From an uncultured Acidobacteriota bacterium (GTDB taxonomy: Bacteria; Acidobacteriota; Vicinamibacteria; Fen-336), in assembly GCA_963720545.1 (NCBI GenBank), contig OY970399.1, forward strand, positions 3,584,001-3,648,000: DNA of 64,000 nt. The letters are read 5' to 3'. A program made the translations under genes and the position numbers. The notes below the pieces were generated by a model that was not told the origin of the DNA, made no database searches, and worked only from the letters and a program-made list of their open reading frames with translations. Every line of letters begins with the position of its first letter. The stretch's first letter is position 1. Positions 37,794-47,986 of this stretch are shown piece after piece.

Positions 37794-38195
37794 ATGCGAA
37801 TCTCGCTGTGGGCGACGATCCTTGTTGTTGGCGCAGCGGCAGCGCCGCCGGCTGCCGGCGCCGACGATGAACGTTTCGATGACGCCCGCAAGCAAGCGGG
37901 CCTCAACCAACGCACGGATGCCGGCAAGAAGTACGACGCGGCGATGGCGCAGGTGTTTCAGGAACATTTCGCAGCCTGGATCAACGACTGTACGGCGGCC
38001 GCGACCGGCACCCAGCCGCCGCCCGAGAACTTCGAGCTCGCACTGAAGATTGCCGCCGACGGCAGCGTCGTCAAGGGCATGGTCGAGCCTGAGAACGACT
38101 TGTCCGCGTGTGTCCGCACCGCCGCCGTCGGCGAGAAGTACCCGGCGCCGCCAGCAAATGGTTACTGGTCGCTCGGCGGAATGGTCTTCAACTGA
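37794..38195 (+). CDS. Secreted hypothetical protein
   Basis: Signal peptide, two Cys, coding-like codon usage. Confidence 0.6.
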   Translation: MRISLWATILVVGAAAAPPAAGADDERFDDARKQAGLNQRTDAGKKYDAAMAQVFQEHFAAWINDCTAAATGTQPPPENFELALKIAADGSVVKGMVEPENDLSACVRTAAVGEKYPAPPANGYWSLGGMVFN

Positions 38196-38702
38196 GCGAC
38201 GACGCGGCACGGCGGACGCGCACCATCGAGTGGCAGGATCCGCTTGCGATGGCGGCCAAGCGCCGTGAGCTGAACGGCCTGCAGTACCTCGAGGCCCTGC
38301 GCCGCGGCGAGTTTCCGCCGGCGCCGATCATGGTGCTCATGGGGATCACGATCGTAGACGTCGCCGAAGGACGCGCGAGCTTTCGCCATGCTTCCCGAGG
38401 AGTATCACTACAACCCGATGCGCATCGTCCACGGCGGCGTAGCGGCGGCGCTGCTCGACACCGCCATGGGCTGCGCCTTGCAGTCGCTGGTGCCGGCCGG
38501 GCGCGCTTACACCACGCTCGACATCCAGGTGCGCTATGTGCGGCCGCTGACGCGGCAAAGCGGCCGCGTGCTGTGCCACGGAGCCGCTGTCCACGTCGGC
38601 ACCAGGACGGCAACCGCCGAGGGCCGCGTGGTGGACGAAGCAGGCAAGCTGTACGCGACCGGCACCACGAGCTGCATGCTCATCGACATGCCCACCGGCT
38701 GA
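38192..38702 (+). pseudogene. PaaI family thioesterase, frameshifted (or sequencing error)
   Basis: N-part RTRTIEWQDP..GLQYL..PPAPI and C-part HYNP..VHGG..LLDTAMGCA are in different frames; removing one T at 38381-38383 joins them. Confidence 0.8.
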
Positions 38703-38716
38703 GCGGTGGCGCGCGC

Positions 38717-39430
38717 CTATTTCGCGGCGCCGACCAGGACCGGCTTGTCGCGGTAGACCGTGGGAAAGATCTGCTTGAGGGCAGCGACCTTCGGCATGTC
38801 GTTGACCGCGATGTACGGATAGGTGGGATGCAGCGTCAGGAAGTCCTGGTGGTAGGCCTCGGCCGGATAAAAGGACTGTCCGGGTTCGATCTTGGTCACC
38901 AGCGCCGCCTTGAAGATGTGCGCCTCGTCGAGCTGCGCCACATACGCCTTGGCCACGGCGGCCTGTCGCTCGTTCATTGGGAAGACGGCAGAGCGGTACT
39001 GGGTGCCCGTGTCTGGCCCCTGGCGGTTCAGCTGCGTCGGGTCGTGCACCACGGAGAAGAAGATCTGCAGCAGCTGGCCGTACGTGATCTTGCGCGGATC
39101 GTAGGTCACCTGCACCGATTCGGCATGGCCGGTGACGCCGCTGCCGACGATCTCGTAGACGGCCGTTCGTTTGGAGCCACCGGTGTAACCGGAAATAGCG
39201 CTCTTCACGCCGTCGACGTGCTGGTAAACGCCCTGCACTCCCCAGAAGCAGCCGCCTGCAAGCACCGCCGTTTCGGTGGCTGTGGTCGCCGCCGGCTCGT
39301 CTACCTTCGGCGGCGGTACGACACGCGCCTTCTCGGCGGAGAAGGCCGTGCCCGAGGCCCCGCCGCACGCGAGGAACAGTGCGCCAGCGAAAAGGGACGC
39401 GGCCAGCATGGTTGTCATGGTCTTGCGCAT
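38717..39430 (-). CDS. msrA: Peptide-methionine (S)-S-oxide reductase, exported
   Basis: GGCFWG, GHAESV, GTQYRS, FYPAEAYHQD; N-terminal signal. Confidence 0.93.
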   Translation of the reverse strand: MRKTMTTMLAASLFAGALFLACGGASGTAFSAEKARVVPPPKVDEPAATTATETAVLAGGCFWGVQGVYQHVDGVKSAISGYTGGSKRTAVYEIVGSGVTGHAESVQVTYDPRKITYGQLLQIFFSVVHDPTQLNRQGPDTGTQYRSAVFPMNERQAAVAKAYVAQLDEAHIFKAALVTKIEPGQSFYPAEAYHQDFLTLHPTYPYIAVNDMPKVAALKQIFPTVYRDKPVLVGAAK

Positions 39431-39446
39431 CGTCAGCTCCATTGGG

Positions 39447-41229
39447 TCAACCGAACGTAAATGCGAACGCCTCGGCACCGGCGTCGAGGAAACGGATCTC
39501 GAAGGTGCGGTCCTCGACCTCGCCCTTCTGGCGAATGAGCTGGTAGAGGCGCTCTTCCTTCACAACGCCATTGCCAGCGGCGTCGGCGTCCATGCCGTGG
39601 TCGTTGCCCGGGGCGGCGCCATCGATGGTCACGCGAAAACGCACCGGCTTGCCGCCCTTGCCGGGACCGAGCACCAGGTGCAGGTCGCGCGCGTGGAAGC
39701 GGAAGGCGATCGCGCCGTTGGCCACGCCAAGCGCCGCGTGCTCCGCGGTCACCGTCCACTCACCGTCGAGCCCCCACTCGTTGAGCCGCGGCTTGCCCTG
39801 GGTGTAGGTCTTGCGCTTGTCATGCGCGGCACCGCCGGGAGAGACGAAGTGCTCCGCGCGCTCATAGCCCAGATACGTCTCGGGCGACAGCACGTCGGCC
39901 ATGGCCGGGGGCGCCTCTGCCCCTGACGCGGTGACCGCAACGAAGCCCGCGCTCGCTGCCGCTGCCTCTCCGGCTTCGGCAAGCAGCTGCTGAATGACAC
40001 GCTCCGAATCCTCGTAGCTGCCCTCGCCGAAATGGTGGTAGCGAACCTGCCCGTTCGCATCGACGAAGTAGTGCGCCGGCCAATATTGGTTGTTGAACGC
40101 GCGCCAGATGGCGTAGTCGTTGTCTACCGCCACCGGATACGCGATGCGCAGGTCGGCGACCGCCTTCTTCACGTTGTCGAGGTTCTTCTCGAACGCGAAC
40201 TCCGGCGCGTGTACGCCGATCACCACCAGGCCCTGATCCTTGTACTTGTCGGCCCAGGCGCGCACATAGGGAATGGCGCGCAGGCAGTTGATGCAGGAGT
40301 ACGTCCAGAAGTCGATGACCACCACCTTGCCCTTGAGGCCAGCGGTGGTCAGCGGCTGCGTGTTCAGCCACTGCGTGGCGCCGTCGAGCGAAGGGAACGC
40401 GCCTTCGATACCAAGTGTCGCAGCGTGCGGCTTACCGCTCATCATCAGCGCGCCCGCCAGCCATCGCCTCGCTCCGACCGCTCATCGCCATTGCCGCGTC
40501 GGGTGAGGGACCAGGATGGAAGCGTGACAGCAGCTTCTGTTCGATGGCGGAGGTGCTGGCTAGCGAGATGCGCGTCAGGAAGCCGGTGTCGGCGCCGAGC
40601 GCAATCGCGACCACGGCCACCAGTACCAGCGCACCAAGGCCGCGCCGCAGCCATTCGCCAGCGTCGAGCGAGCGCTTCATCGCGGCGAACACGCGTCCGC
40701 CCACCAGCAGCGCGAGCCCCAGCGAGGTGGCGGCGCCGGCGGCGTAGGCCAGCAGCAGCAGCGAAGTGCCGGCGTTGGCGCCCTGCAGCGCGGCGCCCGT
40801 GAGGATCAGGCCGAGAATCGGGCCGGCGCAGGGCGCCCAAAGCAGACCGGTCGCGATGCCGAGAAGGAACGACGGCAACACCGGCGAGCCGCTGCTGTCT
40901 GCGCTGCCCGACAGACGGCCGCCGAGCGCCACGAGCGGCTGCGTCAGCCGCGTGGCGAGATCAGGGAAGAGCAGCGTGAGCCCGAAGAGCGCGAGCAGCA
41001 CGAGCGCCGCGGTTCGGCCGTACTGGTTCGCCTGCACCGCCCAGCCGCCGCCGACCGCCGCGAGAGTCGCCACCAGGGCGAAGGTCGCCGCCATTCCCAC
41101 GAGGATCGGCAGCCCGCTGCGCAGGAACGGCCGATCTGCGCGCGCGAACACGAACGGCAGCACCGGCAGGATGCAGGGACTGATGATGGTGAGCACACCA
41201 CCGAAGTAGGCGAGGACGAAGAGCAACAT
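39447..41229 (-). pseudogene. dipZ: Cytochrome c biogenesis protein DipZ (CcdA + thioredoxin), split by a frameshift (or sequencing error)
   Basis: CcdA half SPCILPVLP/WAPCAGP (40432-41229) and Trx half FWTYSCINC..PETYLGY..AFTFG (39447-40445); one extra base near 40450-40458. Confidence 0.8.
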
Positions 41230-41247
41230 TTTGTGGAGGCTCCGGCT

Positions 41248-41733
41248 TCAGGCGGTGAGCGGCTTGAACTTCATCGCCACGCCGTTCATGCAGTAACGCA
41301 GGCCGGTGGGCTTCGGACCATCGTCGAACACGTGGCCCAGGTGTCCGCCGCAGCGGCGGCAGTGCACGGCCTCGCGGACCATTCCGAGCGTCACGTCGCG
41401 CGTGGTGCCGACGGCGTTCTCGAGTGGTGCCCAGAAACTTGGCCAGCCCGTGCCGCTGTCGTACTTGGTCGTGGAAGAAAAGAGATCGAGGTCGCAGCCT
41501 GCGCAGATGAAGTTGCCGCGCCGCTCCTCATGCAGCAGCGGCGAGGTGTAGGCACGCTCGGTGCCCTCGCGCCGGAGCACGTCGAACTGGGCGGGAGTGA
41601 GCTGCTTGCGCCACTCCTCTTCCGTGTGGGTCACCTCGAACTTCTTCGACGACGCCGCGCGCGACGTGGAACTGCAGGCGGCGGCCAGGCCGGCCGCGCC
41701 GAAGGCCACGAATGCGCGCCTGGTCATCATCAT
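41248..41733 (-). CDS. msrB: Peptide-methionine (R)-S-oxide reductase with Tat/lipoprotein signal
   Basis: TRRAF twin-arginine, LAAAC; GTGWPSF, HLGHVFDDGP, RYCMN; two CxxC. Confidence 0.93.
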   Translation of the reverse strand: MMMTRRAFVAFGAAGLAAACSSTSRAASSKKFEVTHTEEEWRKQLTPAQFDVLRREGTERAYTSPLLHEERRGNFICAGCDLDLFSSTTKYDSGTGWPSFWAPLENAVGTTRDVTLGMVREAVHCRRCGGHLGHVFDDGPKPTGLRYCMNGVAMKFKPLTA

Positions 41734-41950
41734 CTCAGTCTCCCTCTCAACCACTCTACCGCCCCTTCGTTGTACGCTGCCGGCATGCCGATCGGATCTC
41801 AAGAGCTTGCCGGCACCCTGCTTGCGGCCCGGCACAAAGCCGCACAATTGTTTGCGAAAAGCGAGGGTGGGGACCTGATCCATGCTGACCCCTTCAAGCG
41901 GCCCGGCCAATGGTAGGGTGCCCTCAGCGGTTGGAGGACGACGACGCCTG

Positions 41951-42883
41951 ATGGAACAGGGGAATCCGCAAGACCAACTTGAAGCAGACCCGCCGCCGGC
42001 CCCGGCAGCGCGGCCGGCGGTGAAGCGCCCGAAGATCCAGAAGTACGACGGCGTCGTTTCCGAAGTGATCCGCGAAACCCCGGATACGGTGACGCTGGTT
42101 CTGGAAACCGGCAAGGAACCGCACGAGTACGAAGCGGGGCACTTCCTCACCGTCGATCCGCATCAGTACCCGATCCTCGCCGGCTACACCGCGTTCCTCG
42201 AAGACCAGAAGAAACGCAAGGAGCCGCCGCGCGCCTATTCGATGTGCTCGGCGCCGCACGAGAAGTATGTCGCCTTTACGGTGAAGGAGGAGCTCTACGT
42301 CTCGGGCTCCACCAAGTACCCGCCGCTGCTCTCGCCGCTGCTGGTGCGGATGACAGCGGGAACACCGATGGTTTTCACCGGCTTCACCGGCCCCTACACC
42401 CTGCCGCGCGACGTCGAGTCGCGCACCGACCACGTCCTCCACGTCTGCGCTGGCTCGGGCATCGTCCCGAACTACTCCATCATCAAGTACTCACTGCGAG
42501 AGCATCCGAAGATCCGCCACACGCTCGTGTACTCGAACCGCACCTGGGACGACATCATTTACCGCGACGCGCTCACGGCACTGGCCGCTCAGCACCCCGA
42601 CCGCCTGCGCATCGTCCACACGCTGACGCGCGAGAAAACCCTCGACCGCTTCGGCGCCGATGTCCGCACCGGCCGCGTCGACCTCACCCTCCTCCAGGAA
42701 GTCACCCCCGACCCGAGCGCCGCCATCGCCGTCACCTGCGGCCCGGGATTGTCCACCTTCGAAAAAGCCGCCGCCCGCGAAAAAGGCGAAACCCCGGCCC
42801 CGCGCTTCCTGGAAACGGTCCTCGACGCCCTCGAAGCCCTGGGCATCACCAAGGACCGCCTGGTGAAGGAATCGTACGGATAG
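41951..42883 (+). CDS. FAD/NAD(P)-binding ferredoxin-reductase-like oxidoreductase
   Basis: RAYSM, AGSGIVP, YSNR, CGP, ESYG. Confidence 0.82.
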   Translation: MEQGNPQDQLEADPPPAPAARPAVKRPKIQKYDGVVSEVIRETPDTVTLVLETGKEPHEYEAGHFLTVDPHQYPILAGYTAFLEDQKKRKEPPRAYSMCSAPHEKYVAFTVKEELYVSGSTKYPPLLSPLLVRMTAGTPMVFTGFTGPYTLPRDVESRTDHVLHVCAGSGIVPNYSIIKYSLREHPKIRHTLVYSNRTWDDIIYRDALTALAAQHPDRLRIVHTLTREKTLDRFGADVRTGRVDLTLLQEVTPDPSAAIAVTCGPGLSTFEKAAAREKGETPAPRFLETVLDALEALGITKDRLVKESYG

Positions 42884-42913
42884 GAGTTCGAATGAAGCTG
42901 AGTGCGCGGAACT

Positions 42914-44902
42914 TCAGCGCGGTGTGAGGTCGAGCAGCATGACGTCCGAGTGCTGCTGTTCCCGTTCGAGAACTGCTTCTTTGCCGTCGGGGGAGATGTC
43001 GAAGTCGCGAACGTCGAAGTCGGGGCCGAGATTTGTCAGCTGCCGCTCGGCGCCCGTGGCGAGGTCGAGGAGCCAGAGGTTCTTGTGCTCGATCGCGCCG
43101 CGCAGGAACACGAGCGCCGGTCCTCCCGGCAGGAGCGCGAGGCGGCGTGCGCCGCGGGTCAACGTCAGCGGCTGCAACGGGTGCGGTGCGCCTGCAGCCG
43201 TCGCGGCTTTCACCGCGAACGTGGTGCCGATATCCGGTCCTGAATAGAAGACGACGCTGCCGTCAGGTGTCCACAGCGGATCGACCGAGTAGTCCCGGAC
43301 AAGCGGTACCGGTGCCCCGCCCTCGAGCGGCAGCCGATAGAGATGCGGGACGCCATGATCATCGGCGGCGACCGTGAGCGACTGGCCGTCTGGCGCCCAC
43401 GCCGGGGCACCCTGCAGGTCGAGCGCGTCGGTGACGATGCGCGCGTCCGTGCCGTCCGACTGCATCGTGTAGAGAAACGACTGCCCCCGTTGACGGATGC
43501 AGAGCGCAATCTGTCGGCCGTCGGGTGAGATTGCCGGGCCGCCGGCGATGCGCGCATCGCCGCTGCTCCATAGTTCCGTATCGGTGCCGTCGGCGAACTT
43601 CCAGAGTCCGTCGCCGGTGGCCGTCGCGGAAACGTGCAGCACGTAGCCGGTCCCAAGACGTGGCGCGAAGCCGGTCCTCGTCGTGAGTGGAATTCGAGTG
43701 GCCGCGGAATCGTCGGCGGGTGCGTCGGCGAGGGGCAGCCGCCACAGTGTTCGCTTCGGGTCTGCGAGCGTCACCACCAGTCGGCGGCTGTCGGCGCTCG
43801 CCGCGAGCGACGTGTACCGGTCGAGGCCGGATGTCAGGCGGTGGGGGATGCGGCGCCCGACGTCCATGCTGTACAGCCAGGGGCCCGATCCGTCCGGGTC
43901 GCTCGCAAGATAGAGCAGCGTGTGCCCGTCGAGCAGCACCGGGTGCGTCACGCGGCCGTTGTGCGACGTGAGGCGTTCAGGCGCGCCGCCGCCGGGCCGG
44001 ACGCGCCAGACGTCGAGCGTGTCGGGCAGTGTCCCCTGGATGAAATAGATGAATGCCCCGTCGGGCGCCCACAAGGGGAAATGCGAATGCAGCCCGGCCG
44101 GCGCGGAGAAGATTGGGGTTGCTCCCGGGCGAATACCGCCATCGGACACGAACAACGGGTCGCCCGGTCCGGGCGTGTGATACGCAAGCCGGGAGCCGTC
44201 GTGCGACCAGTCGAACTCGGCGACGCCTTCGAGATACGGCTTCGCCTGGCCGCCGAGCGTGGGCACGGCCCACACACCGATATCGCCGTTCCCGCCGCCC
44301 TTGTCGCTCCGGCGGCGCACCCAGAACGTGACCAGCGAGCCATCAGGTGAGAACCCGAGCGTGCGCACCGACGGGTTGACGAGTTCCGGAGCGCCCCCGT
44401 GCGTGAGGTTGTGGAACTGTCCGGAGCCGAGCTGCGTGACCCATACGTCAATCGGCCCGTCGTGATCGGACAGGAAGGCGACGAACTTCCCGTCGCGTGA
44501 AATCGCGGCTGCCTCCGCCACGCCATCGAAGTCGGTGACGGTCTGGAAGCGCGCGTCGGCGATTGGGCTGCGCCAGAAGTACTCGGTCTTTCGCAGCCAG
44601 AGCGCGGCGCCAAGCGCGAGGACGGCGACCAGGGCAGCCACCGGCCAAACGAAGTTCCACGCCGTTGACGATTGCAGGGCCGAAGCGGGCGGCGTTCCGT
44701 CTTCGGCGGGGCCGCGCAGGTTGCGGCTGCGCACCCATTGCTCGAGCTCCGCTCGTGACGCGTAGACCGAGCCCATCCGGTCATGCTGGTGGCGATGCAC
44801 CGGCATCCCCTCACGACGTTCCCAGCGCTGGACCGTGGTGACATCGCGGCCGAGAAACGCGGCGATTTCCTTCCAGGAATCCAGCCGGTCCGGTTCGCCC
44901 AT
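42914..44902 (-). CDS. Membrane-anchored protein: N-terminal HTH-like domain, one TM helix, TolB-like PD40 beta-propeller
   Basis: RLDSWKEIAAFLGRDVTTVQRWE..MPVHR; TM VWPVAALVAVLALGAALW; repeated (S/A)PDG motifs. Confidence 0.8.
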   Translation of the reverse strand: MGEPDRLDSWKEIAAFLGRDVTTVQRWERREGMPVHRHQHDRMGSVYASRAELEQWVRSRNLRGPAEDGTPPASALQSSTAWNFVWPVAALVAVLALGAALWLRKTEYFWRSPIADARFQTVTDFDGVAEAAAISRDGKFVAFLSDHDGPIDVWVTQLGSGQFHNLTHGGAPELVNPSVRTLGFSPDGSLVTFWVRRRSDKGGGNGDIGVWAVPTLGGQAKPYLEGVAEFDWSHDGSRLAYHTPGPGDPLFVSDGGIRPGATPIFSAPAGLHSHFPLWAPDGAFIYFIQGTLPDTLDVWRVRPGGGAPERLTSHNGRVTHPVLLDGHTLLYLASDPDGSGPWLYSMDVGRRIPHRLTSGLDRYTSLAASADSRRLVVTLADPKRTLWRLPLADAPADDSAATRIPLTTRTGFAPRLGTGYVLHVSATATGDGLWKFADGTDTELWSSGDARIAGGPAISPDGRQIALCIRQRGQSFLYTMQSDGTDARIVTDALDLQGAPAWAPDGQSLTVAADDHGVPHLYRLPLEGGAPVPLVRDYSVDPLWTPDGSVVFYSGPDIGTTFAVKAATAAGAPHPLQPLTLTRGARRLALLPGGPALVFLRGAIEHKNLWLLDLATGAERQLTNLGPDFDVRDFDISPDGKEAVLEREQQHSDVMLLDLTPR

Positions 44903-45119
44903 CGCGCTCGATTGGCCTCGCAGTTGTTGCCGGGGCGGGGGCTTGATTGTAGCCCGCGGGGCGAGCCGCGGCACGGCAAATCGCGGCATTGGACGGCAAG
45001 TCGAAGCACTGGCGCCACTTCCGTTCCTTGCTGCTTGCCCGATTCCCGTGCGGCGCCCGATTGTGTCCACGCGTTGCCATGAGGGCACGCTCAACGAACG
45101 AAGGAAACGAGGAGTCAGC

Positions 45120-45674
45120 ATGCGCAAGAAAATGACCTGGGTGCTGTTGTTCAGTGCTGCGCTGGCAATGGCGGCGGTGCTCCAGGCAAAGAAGGTCCAG
45201 GCGACACCAGCGGCGGGATTCGTCGGCACCACTCTCGCCACCGGCCGCATCGGCGAAATCAATGTCTTCAACCACGCGGTCCTGCCGAACAACGACCACA
45301 AGCGCTTTGGCAACATCTGGCTGTCATGGCAGAAGACGCACGGCACGTCCGACCTGTACGTGCAGAGCAACGTATGGCAGCCCGGCGGCAGCACCGGCTG
45401 GCACTCCCATCCCGGGCACAGCCTGATCGTCGTCACCGCGGGCGCCGTGACCGCGTACGAAGGCGACGACCGCCACTGCCGGCCGCACGTTTACACGACG
45501 GGGATGGGCTTCGTTGACCCGGGCGGCGACCACGTGCACGACCTGCGCAACGAAGGCACGGTCGAGGCGCGCACCGTGGCGGTGCAGCTCATTCCCGCGC
45601 ATCCCGACGGTTCATCGTCGGCGGCCGACCGCCGCATCGACGCTCCCGACCCGGGGAACTGCACGCCCCGTTGA
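45120..45674 (+). CDS. Secreted cupin-domain protein
   Basis: GAGGAG RBS, signal peptide, PGGSTGWHSHPG..G..H..RNEG. Confidence 0.82.
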   Translation: MRKKMTWVLLFSAALAMAAVLQAKKVQATPAAGFVGTTLATGRIGEINVFNHAVLPNNDHKRFGNIWLSWQKTHGTSDLYVQSNVWQPGGSTGWHSHPGHSLIVVTAGAVTAYEGDDRHCRPHVYTTGMGFVDPGGDHVHDLRNEGTVEARTVAVQLIPAHPDGSSSAADRRIDAPDPGNCTPR

Positions 45675-45694
45675 ATTCGGTAACCGACACGAAC

Positions 45695-45723
45695 ACCCCG
45701 GGCGCCTTGCCTACGCCCGGGGT
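45695..45723. terminator. Hairpin between convergent genes (probable terminator)
   Basis: ACCCCGGGCG-N9-CGCCCGGGGT. Confidence 0.6.
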
Positions 45724-46689
45724 TCACACCGTGATGACCACCTTGCCGCGGACGTGGCCTTCTTCAAGGTAGCGGATCGCCGCCGGTACCTGGCTCAGGC
45801 TGTACCTGCGATCGATGACGGGCACCAGCCTGCCATCCGCCATCAGCGTGCCCAGTCCCTCCAGGTCCCTGACGCTGGGGCGGGCGAGGAACATGGACAG
45901 CTTCTGGCTTGCGAAACTCGAGACCACGAGTGCCGCGAGCGCGCGCGGCAGGGGGTTGATCCAGCCGCCGGTGGGACCGCCAACCATGACGTAGCGGCCG
46001 CGGGGTGTGAGGACGCGCCGACAGGCGAGCAGCGAGTGGTTGGACATGTTGTCGATGAAGACATCGTAGCGCTCGGAGCGTGCTGTGAAGTCTTCACGCG
46101 TGTAGTCGATGACCCGGTCGGCGCCGATGCCGCGCACCAGGTCGACGTTGCGCGTGCTGCACACGCCGGCCACATGCGCGCCAAGGGCCTTCGCGATCTG
46201 CACCGCGAACGTGCCGACACCGCCCGAGGCGCCGTTGATCAGCACGCTTTGGCCCGTTTGCAGGCGTCCGCCGTCGCGCAGCGCCTGCAACGCGCTGTAG
46301 CCGGCGACCGGCACGCTCGCTGCCTGTTCGAAGCTCATGTTCGGCGGCTTCGCCGCCAGCGACGCGGCCGGCACGCTGGTGTACTCGGCCAGGGCGCTCA
46401 TGCAGGAGCCGAAGACGGCGTCGCCCGGCCGCCACTTCGTCACGTTGCGCCCGACGGCCGCGACCTCGCCGGCGAAGTCGGCGCCGAAGCGCGTGTGCCT
46501 GGGCCGGCTCAGTCCGGTGCCGAGCCGCATGAGCCGCGGCTTGCCGTGCATGAGGTGCCGGTCGCGGGGATTCACCGACGCGGCGCGCACCCGAATCAGC
46601 GCATCGTCGTCGCCGGGCTGAGGCTCATCCACGTCCTCACAACGGAGAACGTCAGCCGAGCCATAGCTGCGATAGACGATCGCTTTCAT
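45724..46689 (-). CDS. NAD(P)-dependent MDR-family oxidoreductase (zinc-independent alcohol/quinone type)
   Basis: RVRAASVNP, GADFAG, NGASGGVG, GKVVITV. Confidence 0.9.
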   Translation of the reverse strand: MKAIVYRSYGSADVLRCEDVDEPQPGDDDALIRVRAASVNPRDRHLMHGKPRLMRLGTGLSRPRHTRFGADFAGEVAAVGRNVTKWRPGDAVFGSCMSALAEYTSVPAASLAAKPPNMSFEQAASVPVAGYSALQALRDGGRLQTGQSVLINGASGGVGTFAVQIAKALGAHVAGVCSTRNVDLVRGIGADRVIDYTREDFTARSERYDVFIDNMSNHSLLACRRVLTPRGRYVMVGGPTGGWINPLPRALAALVVSSFASQKLSMFLARPSVRDLEGLGTLMADGRLVPVIDRRYSLSQVPAAIRYLEEGHVRGKVVITV

Positions 46690-46859
46690 TCCTGGACTTC
46701 GGCGCGGATTATAGCGCCTGCCCTCCGTCCAATACTGAAGGCGTCAGGCGTCCCACCACGGCGACCAGGGGTTTGCGGCGATCACCATGGACGTGACGGA
46801 CGTGCAGGTGGCTCGAGGGCACTGAGTCTGGCAGCATGGATGTGGGGCTTGATGGGCGC

Positions 46860-47972
46860 GTGAGCGATCGCTGGAACGAAAACCGGCTCACCCAGATGCT
46901 TGGGATCGACTATCCCATCGTCCAGGGTCCGCTCGGCGGACTGGCGTCGCAGCGGTTGACCGCCGCGGTCTCCAGCTTTGGCGGGCTGGGGTCGTTTGGG
47001 GCGCTTGGACTCGAACCGGACGCGATCAAGGACGTGGTCGCGGAGATCCGCGCTCTGACATCCGCGCCGTTCGCGATGAACCTGTGGGTCTCGATGGAAG
47101 ACGACGGGGCGCGGGCCGTCGGCGAGCGGGAGTTCGCTCGCAGCGCCGCGGCGCTTGCCGACCAACTCGCCGCTCTGGGCGCACCGCCGCCCGCGTTCAA
47201 GACATACGCGCCTGTCCGGTTCGAAGACCAGGCGCGCGCGCTGCTGGATGCGGCTGTGCCGGTGATGAGCTTCGTCTTCGGGATTCCGCCGAAGGAGATC
47301 CTGCAGGAATGCCGGACGAAGGGTATTGCCACCATCGGCGCAGCGACCACACCCGACGAGGCGTCAGCTCTCGAGGAAGCGGGTGTCGATGCGATCGCCG
47401 CGTCCGGTTTCGAAGCTGGAGGTCATCGCGGTTCGTTCCTTCGTGCCGCCGAAGACTCGTTGACCGGCACGTTGGCGCTCGTGCCGCAGCTCGTCGATCG
47501 CGTCGCCTTGCCGGTAATTGCGGCCGGCGGTATCGCCGACGCCCGCGGGGTCGTGGCGGCGCTGGCACTCGGGGCGGAAGGCGTGCAGATCGGCACAGCG
47601 TTTCTTGGCTGCGAAGAGTCGGGCGCCAGCCCGTTGCACCGCGCGGCGCTGCTCGAGAAAAAGGCCGGCCGCACCGCACTAACCAAAGGCTTCACCGGTC
47701 GGCTCGCCCGCGGAATCGAGAATCGTTTGATGGAAGAACTGAACCGGCCGGGAGTGCCGATCCTGCCTTATCCCCTGCAACGCGCCCTGGTGAAAAACGT
47801 CGCGACAGCTGCGGAGGCGGCGGGCCGCCCGGACCTCCTGCCCATGTGGGCGGGACAGGGCGCGTCTCTCTCGACCTGGACCGACGCTGCGGCGTTCCTC
47901 GGAACGTTGGTCGAAGAGGTGTCCGAGGTTGCCGGCCCGGTCGCGCGTTGGAGCGCCCAACTTCGTACCTGA
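46860..47972 (+). CDS. Nitronate monooxygenase family flavoprotein
   Basis: PIVQGP, EAGGHRG, VIAAGGIAD, QIGTAF, WAGQ. Confidence 0.9.
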   Translation: MSDRWNENRLTQMLGIDYPIVQGPLGGLASQRLTAAVSSFGGLGSFGALGLEPDAIKDVVAEIRALTSAPFAMNLWVSMEDDGARAVGEREFARSAAALADQLAALGAPPPAFKTYAPVRFEDQARALLDAAVPVMSFVFGIPPKEILQECRTKGIATIGAATTPDEASALEEAGVDAIAASGFEAGGHRGSFLRAAEDSLTGTLALVPQLVDRVALPVIAAGGIADARGVVAALALGAEGVQIGTAFLGCEESGASPLHRAALLEKKAGRTALTKGFTGRLARGIENRLMEELNRPGVPILPYPLQRALVKNVATAAEAAGRPDLLPMWAGQGASLSTWTDAAAFLGTLVEEVSEVAGPVARWSAQLRT

Positions 47973-47986
47973 AGAAGGAACATACG

